A stretch of 64,000 bases of DNA, taken from NCBI GenBank assembly GCA_030390025.1, contig CM059433.1, positions 1,922,001 through 1,986,000 on the forward strand, written 5' to 3'. The stretch is from Squalus acanthias. Its lineage: Eukaryota. A model generated the notes under the pieces. That model made no database searches. It saw only the letters and a program-made list of their open reading frames with translations, and was not told where the DNA came from. Shown here piece by piece: positions 38,901-51,600 of the stretch (its first letter is position 1; the number at the start of each line of letters is the position of its first letter). The translations under genes were made by a program, and so were the position numbers.

Positions 38901-41900
38901 GGGCCTCATTACAGCCTTGGTCCATATATGGACAAGAGCTGAAGTCAGGGGAGAGTGACTGCCCTCGACATCAAGGCAGCAGTTGATCGAGTGTGGCATT
39001 AAGGAGCCCTAGCAAAATTGAAGTCAATGGGAATCAGAGGGAAAACTCTCCATTGGCTCAAAGGAAGATGGTTGTGGTTGTTGGAGGCCAATCATCTCAG
39101 CCCCAGGACATCGCTGCAGGAGTTCCTCAGGGCAGTGTCCTAGGCCCAACCATCTTCAGCTGCTTCATCAATGACCTTCCCTCCATAAGGTCAGAAGTGG
39201 GGATGTTCGCTGATGATTGCACAGTGTTCAGTTCCATTCACAACTTTTCAGATAATGAAGCAGTCCATGCCCACATGCAGCAAGACCTGGACGACATTCA
39301 GGCTTGGGCTGATAAAAGGTTCGAGCCACACAAGTGCCAGGCAATGACTAGCTCCAACAAGAGCGAGTCTAACCACTGCCCCATGACATTCAACGGCATT
39401 ACCATCGCCGAATCCCCCATCAACATCAGCCTGGGGGGGGTCTCCATCGACCAGAAACTTAACTGGACCAACCACATAAATACTGTGGCTACAAGAGCAG
39501 GTCAGAGGCTGGGTATTCTGCGTCAAGTGTCTCACCTCCTGACTCCCCAAAGCCTTTCCACCATCTACAAGGCACAAGTCAGGAGTGTGATGGAATACTC
39601 TCCACTTGCCTGGATGAGTGCAGCTGCAACAACACTCAAGAAGCTCGACACCATCCAGGACTAAGCAGCCCACTTGATTGGCACTCCATCCACCACCTTA
39701 AATATTCATTCCCTCCACCACCGGCGTACCGTGGCTGCAGTGTGTACCATCTACAAGATGCACTGCAGCAACTCGCCAAGGCTTCTTCGACAGCGCTTCC
39801 CAAACCTGCGACCTCTTCCACCTAGAAGGACAAGGGCAGCAGGTGCATGGGAACACCATCACCTCCAGGTTCCTCTCCAAGTCACACACCATCCTGACTT
39901 AGAAGTATATCGCCGATCCTTCATCGTCACTGGGTCAAAATCCTGGAACTCCCTCCCTAACAGCACTGTGGGAGTACCTTCGCCACACGGACTGCAGCGG
40001 TTCAAGGCGGTGGCTCACCACCACCTTCTCAAGGGCAATTAGGGATGGGCAATAAATGCTGGTCTTGCAAGCGACACCTGCATCCCATGAACAAAATTAA
40101 GAAAAGCCCTACTCACCCATCGTCCCTCTCCTTGCTGACCTACTATGGCTCCCAGTGCTCAATACTAAAGTCCAATAAGGAAGTGGGATGGAGAGCAGTC
40201 CAGTTCCCAGCACTGATATTCCTAACCTTTAGTGCTTAAACTTAACCAATGAGTTAGTATAACTCTGCTATTAGTAAAAGTAAAGATAGCAATTTTCACA
40301 GGAAATAACAACTTCCACTTCTAATGCCTTTGAAGTAATAAAACATCTCAAAACGCTTCAGAGTGTGAGGCCAAAAGAGCTGAAATGATAGAAACTGGGG
40401 AGGCAAAGGAGGCCAGCTGGGGAATGCAATGAAGGATGCATGCGCGAAAAAGGTTTCCAAGGTCAGAAGGGGCGAGGAGATGAAAGGATCTGTAGATAAG
40501 GACAAGGATTTTGAAATTGAGGCACTCAAGCCCAAATAGCACACTGAGCTTTCTCACGGTCAGGCTCAGTCTGAGTGAGCTGCCAGGAGGGAGGGTGTTG
40601 TTTTAGGTGGGAACTGAACAGGATCATTTTAGTCTTGCCAATACTGTGTTGAAAGAAAATCTTCCTCATCTAATAATTGATATTGACTCAGCAGTCAGAC
40701 AGCATAATTGTGGTCAAGATACTATTTATAGATTGTCACAGTATTAGCAGAAATGAGAGATCTTAATGAAGTAGAAAATCTGCACCGTAGCACAATAAGC
40801 AATATTATGGTGTCATTAATCAATGATAGGTGTTTTACCATGTTAAAGGCACTAACTAGTGGTGTTCCACAGGGGTCAGTGCTGGGTCCCCAACTCTTCA
40901 CAATCTATATTAACGATTTGGAGGAAGGGACCAAGTGTAACATATCAAAATTTGCAGATGATACTAAGATGGGAGGGAAAGTAGTGAGTGAGGACATAAA
41001 AAACCTGCAAGGGGACATAGACAGGCTAAGTAAGTGGGCAGAGATTTGGCAGATGGAATACAACACTGGAAAGTGTGAGGTGATGCACTTTGGCAGGAAA
41101 AATCCTAGAGCAATTTATTATCTTAATGGCAAGAAACTGGAGAGTACTGAAGTGCAAAGGGATCTGGGGGTCCTGGTGCACGAAACTCAAAAGGTTAGTA
41201 TGCAGGTGCAGCAAGTGATTAAGAAGGCAAATGGAATGTTGGCTTTCATTGCTAGGGGGATAGAATATAAAAATAGGGAGGTATTGCTTCAGTTGTACAA
41301 GGTATTGGTGAGACCGCACCTGGAATATTGCATACAGTTTTGGTGTCCTTACTTAAGGAAAGACATCCTTGCTCTCGAGGCAGTGCAAAAAAGGTTCACT
41401 CGGTTAATCCCGGGGATGAGGGGGTGGTCATATGAGGAGAGGTTGGGTAGATTGGGACTCTACTCATTGGAGTTCAGAAGAATGAGAGGCGATCTTATTG
41501 AAACATATAAGATTGTGAAGGGGTTGGAGCGGGTGGATGCGGGGAGGATGTTCCCGATGACGGGTGAGACTAGAACTAGGGGACATAGTCTTAGAATAAG
41601 GGGCTGCACTTTCAAAACTGAGATGAGGAGGAACTACTTCACTCAGAGGGTGGTAGGTCCATGGAATATGCTGCCACAAAAAGCTGTAGAAGCTACATCA
41701 TTAAATAAATTTAAAACAGAAATAGACAGTTTCCTAGAAGTAAAGGGCATTAAGGGTTACGGGGAGCGGGCAGGAATTTGGACATGAGTCTAGGTTCGGA
41801 TCGGTCATGGCCCTGTGGGTAGTGGAGCGGGCCCAGGGACCGTGTAGCCTGATTCTGCTCCTTAAATGCAAGTTACTGTTGTTGTTGCAGATAGGTCTGA

Positions 41901-42563
41901 CTTCAGAGGCTTTTGGATGCTTAACCTGGGGGATACTCTCAAGTCTCTGGTTTTTGACGAGAAATCTGAACTCCATAGGGAGACGCAACTTCAACCACAT
42001 ACAACGTGGCATTGTGAAAGATCGCAAAAGATTTTCAGTTTAAAAACCCTGTTGATTGTCAAACTGCACAAGAAAGACATTCTAAATCCGGTATACAAAA
42101 TCCCTTGTGGACCCCGTCTTTGTTTTCTAATTATGGTGCTCTGTATCTAGCTTTGTTTCACGTCTTCTGTTTAATATTCTCTCTGTCAATGAATCCAAGT
42201 TAATTTTATCCTGTACACAATGGTCAGATGTATGGTTTTTTTCTACCATACAAGAGCACATGCTAAGCATTCCACGTGATCTGCAGGAATCCGTATCACA
42301 TTTAGAAGATAAGTGTCAATCCGGTGGTGCGTGATCCCATAAAAGAGACAACTTTCGGTTCATAAATATAGACTGTCTGCTTCTGGAACCTGTTTTTTTG
42401 CCAAGCACAAAATTTAACAACTTACATTTATATAGCTCCTCTAATGTAGTAAAACGTCCATAGGTGCTTCACAGCAGTTATCAAATAGAACTTGAGCCAT
42501 GTAAGGAGATACAAGGACAGATGACCAAAAGCTTGGTCAAAGAGGTAAGTTTTAAGAAGCATC

Positions 42564-42610
<47 letters not shown>

Positions 42611-45600
42611 GAGAGTTTGAGAGGGGAATTCCAGAGCTCAAGGGCGAGCCAGCTGAAGGCACGGCCTCCAATGGTGGAGCGATGAAAATCGGGAATGCAC
42701 AAGAGGCCAGACTGTAATAGGCCAATATTCTTCACTCAACCACCTCCAAAACTATTACTTATTTCATTGATATTTGTGGACTTTTCTCTGAGCAAAATAG
42801 CAATATTATGGATTCCCCCACCAGAGGAAATAGTTTCTGTATCTACTCTATTGAATCCTTTTAACATTATAAATATCTCAATTAGATCACCATTCAACCA
42901 CCGAAACTTAAGGGAATACGACCCAAGGGAAGTAGTTTCGTGCTTGGGTTGGGAACCCCCCCCCCACTAAAGGTGCATATACTACAAGAAGGCGTTGCTA
43001 GATAGTGGGTATCCTAGCCTACTTCCTTCTCCATAACCCAGTGGTGCTGCAAACAATTGTAGCACACCTATTGGCATCTCAATGCGATCAGATAACTCAG
43101 ATACCTGCTAAAAAAAACTCACTCAACAATTAAGGAAGCAGGAATTGTTTTAATCGTATTTGCACTGCTTTGGAGCCAGAGCAGAACAAGATGGTTTCAA
43201 ATACATAGGCTGCGCATTGCTACTTTTGATCTTATACAGCATGGCAGAGTAAAGTAGTCTTGATGCACAACAATGGTGTCCGAAAAATTTCACACCAGAT
43301 TCTAGTTGAACATTATAAAACATACTTAACTATTGAGCAGTCCAGCAACAACTAAAATGGTATCAACAAGTTAGTCCTGATGTAAACATCCAGAAAGATA
43401 TTTAGGTTAATTAACTTACCCAAATCCAGTGAAGCCTGCATGGTAGACCAACCAATTCTGCACAAGCCTTGGTCATGGCAAGATACTTCATAGTAATATT
43501 TTCCTACATGTAACAGAATAATTCATATAAATTTCAACACCACTATCTTTTGCTGGTCTTTAAAATGTACGCAAAAATGAATAGATTTCTTGCCCAAAAA
43601 TACTGTATCCCGGCTATCTTTCAAGAGTCATATTTGAAAATAAAAACCCTTTAGTAGATGGAAATTATAAAAGATACAAAAGATTTATTTAATTTCTATA
43701 TATAGTTTTTAATTGAACCCCTTCAAGATTTGGAAAAAGAACCACAAAACCTTTCCACAGGGAAAGATTACAAAAGTGAGCAATAAAGAAAACTGTGAAT
43801 GCTAGAAATCTGAGGTACAAAACAGAAAATGCTGGCAATGCACAGGTCAGGCAGCAATCTGCCTCTCTGAGATGCTGACTTATTTGAGTTACTGTGTGTG
43901 TTGCCAGTCTTTATTACAATATGGATAATCTCCAAAAATATTAGCAATGCAGTCCTTTATTACATAGCAGTTTCATTCATTTGGGCCAGTTTTTGTATGT
44001 TCCAAAACATGGCATCAAAAACCTGAGCTTATACATTGGCCTTCAGTGCAATTCCACACGAAGGACCCACTTACTAAACTTCTCAAATCACTGGAATCTC
44101 ATCAGCAACTCTTAAAATTTCTGATAGTGCCATTATGTGCAATTTGGTCTATTCTGTATAATCTGCTCTTACCAGTTAGTGTCATAAATTGTAATTAATT
44201 CTAGCCAGAAATGAAAGGGAGGCACATCACTTCTTTTTCCTAAAGTCCTTCATTGAAAAAAAGTTGCACTTCAAAAGTTGTATTGGAAGTCTTACAAAGA
44301 AACTTGATGGAAACAAATGTTTCTTTAATGAAACAATGAGACCACACTCAACATCCAAAAGGAACACTTCAGCACTTTTAGCTACGGAAGTTGATTCATT
44401 TATCTATGACACACAATACTTACCCTTGTTCACTCCCTTTGTGGTTCTGCACCCATGCCATTCTTTTATTTCCCTGCTCTGACAGCACATGCCATCAGCT
44501 CCAATAGCTGGGGGGGGGGGGGGGGAAAAGAGGGGAAGAAAGATCAAAATGAGATATACATTTGCAAGATTAAAGCAAAGATTGGGGAAAAAAAATGATT
44601 ACTTTTTTGTGTCATATAGGCATGTTTTAAACATAGAAACAAGAGTAGTCCATTCAGCTCCTCAGGCCTGTTTCACCATTCAATTAGATCATGGCTAATC
44701 TTTACCTCAATTCCATTTACCTGCCTTTGCTCCATATCCCTTCATAGAAGATAGGAGCAGGAGTAGGCCATTCGGCCCCTCTAGCCTGCTCCGCCATTCG
44801 ATGCGATCATGGCTGATCATCCAAATTCAGTACACTGTCCCTGCTTTCTCCCCATATCCCTTGATCCCTTTAGCCTTAAGAAATATATCAATCTCCTTCT
44901 TGAATATATTTAATGAATTGGCCTCTACTGCCTTCTGTGACAGAGAATTCCACAGGTTCACCACTCTCTGGGTGAAGAAATTCCTCCTCATTTCTTTCCT
45001 CAATGGCTTACCCCTTATCCTTAGACTGTGACCCCTGGTTCTGGACTCCCCTACCATCGGGAACATCCTTCCTGCATCTAGTTTGTCCTGTCCTGTCAGA
45101 ATTTTATAAGTTTCAATGAGATCCCCTCTCATTCTTCTAAACTCCAGCGAGTATAAGCAAAATCGACCCAATCTCTCTTCATACGTCATTCCTGCCATCC
45201 CAGGTATCAGCCTTGTGAATCTTCGCTGAACTCCCTCCATGGCAAGAACATCCTTCCTCAGATAAGGCGACCAAAACTGCACACTGTACTCAAGGTGTGG
45301 TCTCACCAAGGCCCTGTACAACTGCAGCAAGACATCCTTGTTCCTGTACTCAAACCCTCTCGCTATGAAGGCCAACATACCATTTGCCTTCTTAACTGCC
45401 TGCTGCACCTGCATGCTTACCTTCAGCGACTGGTGCACAAGGACACCCAGGTCTCGTTGCACTTCCCCTTCTCCCAATCTATTGCCATTCAGATAATAAT
45501 CTGCCTTTCTGTTTTTGACACCAAAGTGGATAACCTCGCATTTATCCACGTTATATTGCATCTGCCACGCTTCTGCCCAATCACCCAACCTGTCCAAATC

Positions 45601-48600
45601 ATCCTGGAGTTTCTCGGCATCCTCCTCGCAGCACACACGCCCACCCAGTTTTGTGTCGTCTGCAAACTTGGAGATATTACATCTAGTTCCCTTGTCCAGA
45701 TCATTAATATATATTGTGAATAGCTGGGGTCCAAGGACCGATCCCTGCGGTACCCCACTAGTCACTGCCTGCCACTCGGAAAAAGACCCGTTTATTCCAA
45801 CTCTTTGCTTTCTGTCTGCCAACCAGTTCTCTATCCAAGTCAATACCTTGCCCCCAATCCCATGTGCCTTAACTTTACACGCTAATCTCTTATGCGGGAC
45901 CTTATCAAAAGCCTTTTGGAAGTCCAAATACACCACATCCACTGGTTCTCCCTTATCTATTTTACCAGTTACATCCTCAAAAAATTCCAGTAGATTAGTC
46001 AAGCATGATTTACCTTTTGTAAATCCATGTTGACTTTGTCCGATCCTGTCACTGTTTAAGTGCTCAGCTATTACATCTTTTATAATGGACTCTAGCATTT
46101 TCCCCACTACCGATGTCAGGCTTACCGGTCTGTAATTCCCCGTTTTCTCTCCACCACCTTTTTTGAATAGTGGGGTAACATTAGCTACCCTCCAATCCAT
46201 GGGTACTGTTCCAGTTTCCATCGAATGTTGGAAGATGATCAGCAATGCATCTACTATTTCTAGGGCCACTTCCTTAAGTACCCTAGGATGTAGATTATCA
46301 GGCCCTGGGGATTTATCGGCCTTCAATCCCTTCAATTTCCCTAACACTATTTCCCTACAAATACTGATTTATTTCAGTTCCTCCCTTTCATCAGACCCTA
46401 TGTTCCCCAACATCTCTGGGAGGTTATTTGTGTCCTCCTTTGTGAAGACAGAACCAAAATATGTATTTAATTGGTCTGCCATTTCATACCCTTACTCAAC
46501 AAAACTCTATTAATCTCAAAATGTCAACTGATTTACAGCCTTTTGGGGAAGAGAGTTCCAGATTTGTATTACCATTTGTGCGAAACAGCTCATGTTTGAA
46601 AGTCTAGCTCCATCGTACCCATTTTACTGTATTATAGAGACTGACATGTTGAATGCATTGTGTACTTTTCCTCCCCCCGCCCCAAATAATTAAACATAAG
46701 TCAGATGACCCATGTCTCTATGGGTAAATGAATACAATGTTACTGAACCATACAAAGTGAAGTGGCCGCAGATTCAGCTCCAGGTCTCTGCCGAGTTAAC
46801 TAATTTCACCTAGAGGAGCAATTGCCTCAATGTCTCTGGGTTAAGGCAAAAGGAAAAACTGGCCATAGCTTCCACTCCATATTACTATTTAAATGACTAC
46901 TGGAAGTGTAGCAAGGGCAGATTCAGGCTTGGCTGAGATTCTTGAAAAAGAATTCAAGTGGTCCCAAATAGGTTACCAAGGCATGAAATACACTTGCTCG
47001 GGTGACTCATAGCCAGCAAAAGGCATCACCTTCAAGGGGAAGGGGAGGGGGGGGGGGGGGGAAGCAGAGAAGGGAAATAGATACGAATGAATCACATTAC
47101 ATATTTAAAGGTTGTCCAAGGTCTGAACTGATGCATTGAAACATTATTTTAGATACTGTGGTGAAGTTGCACTATAAAATACTACAGGATAATGAACATA
47201 CCCAGATTAGCACATCTCTCTTTCATACATAAATTAAACACACACACCACAGAACTACTTCTATTAAGAGGACATTAATGCTACTGGTTAACTTTCTCCA
47301 CATGCCACATTAACAAAGATTGCCACACACTAAACTGCAAAGCTCATCATTTGCCTTTGTGGTAAAACACAAGCAGATGCATTTTTAATCAAATTAATCC
47401 TATATAGGACATTTTACTTTGAACTGCAGTTTTAACAGTTCCAATTTGGATAGATATTCATTATCCTTTCATGTCTTCACTTGCTCTTGTGATTGCACCA
47501 ATAGAGTGACCAGAAAACTAGAATGCATTAGCTTCATGCCCAACATTTAACTAAAAATAGCTTCAACTTACCAAAGGCTGATCCTCTGTCATAGGGATTC
47601 ATCTGCCACTTGTTGAACACTGGGGGAGGGGGGTGGAATTTGATTAAAAACATGCATTGACAATTTTATAAAATTATTTCAAGTTACTAATTTTTCAAAA
47701 TGCTGAGTTTGCTTTACTGTTGGAGATAATAGGATCAGACAGCCCACAGTATAACATGACAGACATTTTAAAAAGATATATTCTGTATCCCAATAGAACT
47801 AGATTCTAAATAGCTATAAACATTCAAGAGCTCCACTAATTAATTTACAGAAGTCTTTTTTCCCCCTTCTTACTTTCCCTTCCTCAATACATTATATTAT
47901 ACAAAACATGCAAATTAAAGACTATTTTCTCACAAAATTTAAATGTACAAAATATCAGCAGCCAAAAGCAGTATTCAGGAATGCCACATTATGTCTGATT
48001 TTAAAATATTCACAAGTCAGAATACTATGCATATATTAGAAGAATGTTTGGAGAAGTAATTTTTCTGGAGTCAACTAAGATTACTACCAAAATGGAGCAT
48101 TTTCATCTCACAAATCAAACCTATTTTAGCATCATTACCTGCACCACCAGTCTTGACAGATGTTTTCCCCCCTTTCTTGCCTTCTGCTTGGTCCTTGAGT
48201 GTTTCATATACAATCTGTATAATAGGTATGCTGAAAGCCTAAAAGCAAACATTTATTAAAAAAAGCTGAAGACTGGATTCAGTAATTACAATGGTGAACT
48301 TCACCGTACCCGAGGATTTCTCTTGTATTTTTAAAATGGGACACATAGAATTCTGAACATTTTACTATAATGGTGTCTTTAATTTCTTTTCATAACATTT
48401 TTGACCCAAATATGCAATTATTTAAATTTTTAAAAAAATGATACTGTACTCACTCCAGTCTTGCCACTGCCGGTTTCTGCTGCCTGTAGAGATTAGAAGT
48501 TAAAAGAGAATGCCTAAATTGAATTGTGTGTAATTCTCTATTCTTCAGAATTACATACATTTAACAACAGTGCTATGACTAACTAGTACATTATAATATA

Positions 48601-51600
48601 TTACCAAATTTGAACAAACATTGCCAGGTTTATTAGTGTATATAGAGCAATGTGAATCAACCCACCATTAGCACATCACCACCACCCAGGATCAAAGGGA
48701 TGGACTCAGCTTGGATATCTGTTGGGAGACTGATGAAAGTTGATGGATTAGATGAAAATAACTAAAATCTATATACAAGACATATACAATAGCTATGATC
48801 AAATAGTTTTTTTTTTAAAAACAAAAAGTTATTTTTTGGCAACCTAAAAATAATTGTTTGGATTTTGCCCGAAGGGGGCAATATTGCATTGGAACAGTGC
48901 ACCATCAGCAATCATGAGTAATTTTGAGTTTGCAAAATGAGAACTAGTTTGCCGCACATACTGAACCCATAGGCACAGCTACAAAATGTGGGAGGGAGGA
49001 GAAATGAGAAGACAGATGTCACAGTGTTTGTAAAGGGGATTGGAATATTTGTAATTTTTGTGAGTCTATAGCGGAAAGGGGGAGGACACTGTGCTACAAA
49101 ATTAGTTTTTGGTAGAACGTCATTGGTTCAGTTTCAAAATCAGAAATTATATACTAGAGGAGGTTGTGGATCTAATTTGTTGAAGCTAGTTTTATATGGG
49201 ATCTGTGGTCAAACCTTTGATGTGATCATTTCTAGTTCTGCAATGCGATTGGTAAAATGGACTCTACCCCACTACGTTCACACAAGATTATTATAGAAGT
49301 TTTATCACCAGGGACAGGAACATTTGGAAAATCAATTTTCTCTTTTACAGCATTCAATCATTTTTGGATAGTTGCAAGCCAGAAGAGTATTACAAAGCAC
49401 AATGTCTAATTGCTGAACAACTGATGACAAAACCTTGCTGCTACATAAAGATCAATGCATCAGTTCAATTACTGCATCAGTTCAATTACTGTGTTTTTTC
49501 CCAAATAATCCATTTTTTTTTATATAAAAGGTGATAGGTCATGGCTTTCAATTCAATTAAATAATTTTCTAATCCAATAAGCAAATTCATTCAAAACTTA
49601 ACTCATAATATTTGCATTTTAATGTTCAAGTTTGAAAGAACTTTGAAATCATACTTACAGCCAGTCCATCTGCTCTACAGCCTGGGCAATTTCCGGCATA
49701 ACACCCATCTCTAAAAAGGAATAACAAAAAGCATTCCTTCAGCTAATATTAAGGGAAATAAACTAAAGATTAGCATTGACTAATTTCATATTAGCTTTGA
49801 TTTGGAATTATTCCATGCTGAAGAATTGTTTGCAACATCTGAGTAAATTATAAGTGTTAGCTAAACATCTGGCACATTGAATTTGAACAGTATATTGTAC
49901 AACCATTTCTAACTGGCTGTGTTACAATTCTGGAAGTCTGAAGGGCTACACAGGTCTGTCGGCATTTGAAAAGAGACAGGTTTGTGCATTTCTGGAATTG
50001 TACATTCTCGATGTCACTTCTCCAGAGGTACATAACTTTTATGTAAAGGTGGGACGCTGGCTCATTGAAACACTGGAGAGAGTTAAGCTTGGGAGGATGA
50101 CCCCACCTCCTTGAGCTCTTTACCAAGTGATTTCAAGTACCACCTACAGGAAGTAAAAACCTAATATGATTGCTGTTGCCAAGTTGTACCTCCCTGGCTA
50201 AGCCCGGATAGAGCTAAACTATCGGTAGTGATCTAGAACCACCACAACAACTTGTATTTCTATAGCGCCTTTAATGTAGTAAGACATCCCAAGGCGCTTC
50301 ACAGGAGCGATTATCAAACAAAATTTGACAGCGAGCCACATAAGGAGATATTAGGATAGGTGACCAAAACCTTGATCAAAGAGGTAGGTTTTAAGGAGAG
50401 TCTTAAAGGAGGAAAGGTAGAGAGGTGGAGGTGTTTAGGGAGGGAATGCCAGAGCTTAGTGCCTAGGCAACTGCAGGCACAGACACCAATGGTTGAGCGA
50501 TGAAAATCTGGGATGCGCAAGAAGCCATAATTGGAAGAGCGCAGAGATCGTGGAGGGTTTTAGGGGTGGAAGAGGTTACAGAGATAGGGAGGGGAAAAGC
50601 CAAAAGTGATTTTAAAACAAAGATGAGAATTTTAAAATCGAGGTGTTAGCAGACCGGGAACCAATGTAGGTCAGCAAGCACAAGGGGATGAGCGAACAAG
50701 ACTTGGTGCATGTTAGGGCAGCAGAGTTTTGGATGAGCTCAAGTTTACAGAGGGTGCAAGGTCGGTCAGGAGTGTTGGAATACTTGAGTCTGAAGGTAAC
50801 GAAGGCATGGATGAGGGTTTCACCAGCAGATGAGCTGAGAGGGGGCTGGAGATGGGCGATGTTACGCAGGTGGAAGTAGGCGGTTATGGTGATGGTGCAG
50901 ATATAGGGTCGAAAGCTCAGGTCAAATAGCTCATGCCAGTTTGACAGCGGTATTAACATACACAAATACTTAAAAGATGCATTGCCTTCTTGTGTAAATA
51001 ATAAAATGAAGTAGACTTTACTGTAACTAGTGACAAGTTTGCACATGAATACTTTTTTTTTTTAAAAGCTTGAATATTCCGCATGTATGACCGGCATAAA
51101 ATGAGTGAGAGGTTTACAGTACTGTCACTGACCGACCGGCTCGGCTCACAGATTGGGACTGGAGGCAGAGGCGCAGGGTGGATTATTCCTACTATTGTAT
51201 CCAAAGCACCATGCGAACTAACGCCCTGGTAATCGGGTGAACCCAACTACGGACCGTCTCTTTCTCCAGTTTCTCTCCGATCTCCCCTCATGACTTCTCT
51301 GCGCTCATCTTGTCTAAGAGACCCACCTCCTGCTCCCTCGACCCTATTCCCACCAAACTGCTGACCACCCAACTTCCTTTTCTGGCTCCCATGTTAGCTG
51401 ACATTGTTAACGGTTCTCTCTCCTCAGGTACTGTCCCCCTCTCCCTCAAATCTGCCGTCTTCACCCCTCTCCTCAAAAAACCAACCCTTGATCCCTCCAT
51501 CCTTGCAAACTACCGCCCCATCTCCAACCTCCCTTTCCTCTCCAAAGTCCTTGAATGTGTTGTCGCCTCCTAATTCCGTGCCCATCTTTCCCGCAATTCC

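Noticed and set aside
49456..49490. Short tandem duplications (also ~13602-13627 and ~61871-61918)
   Set aside because: Ordinary slippage duplications with no further structure
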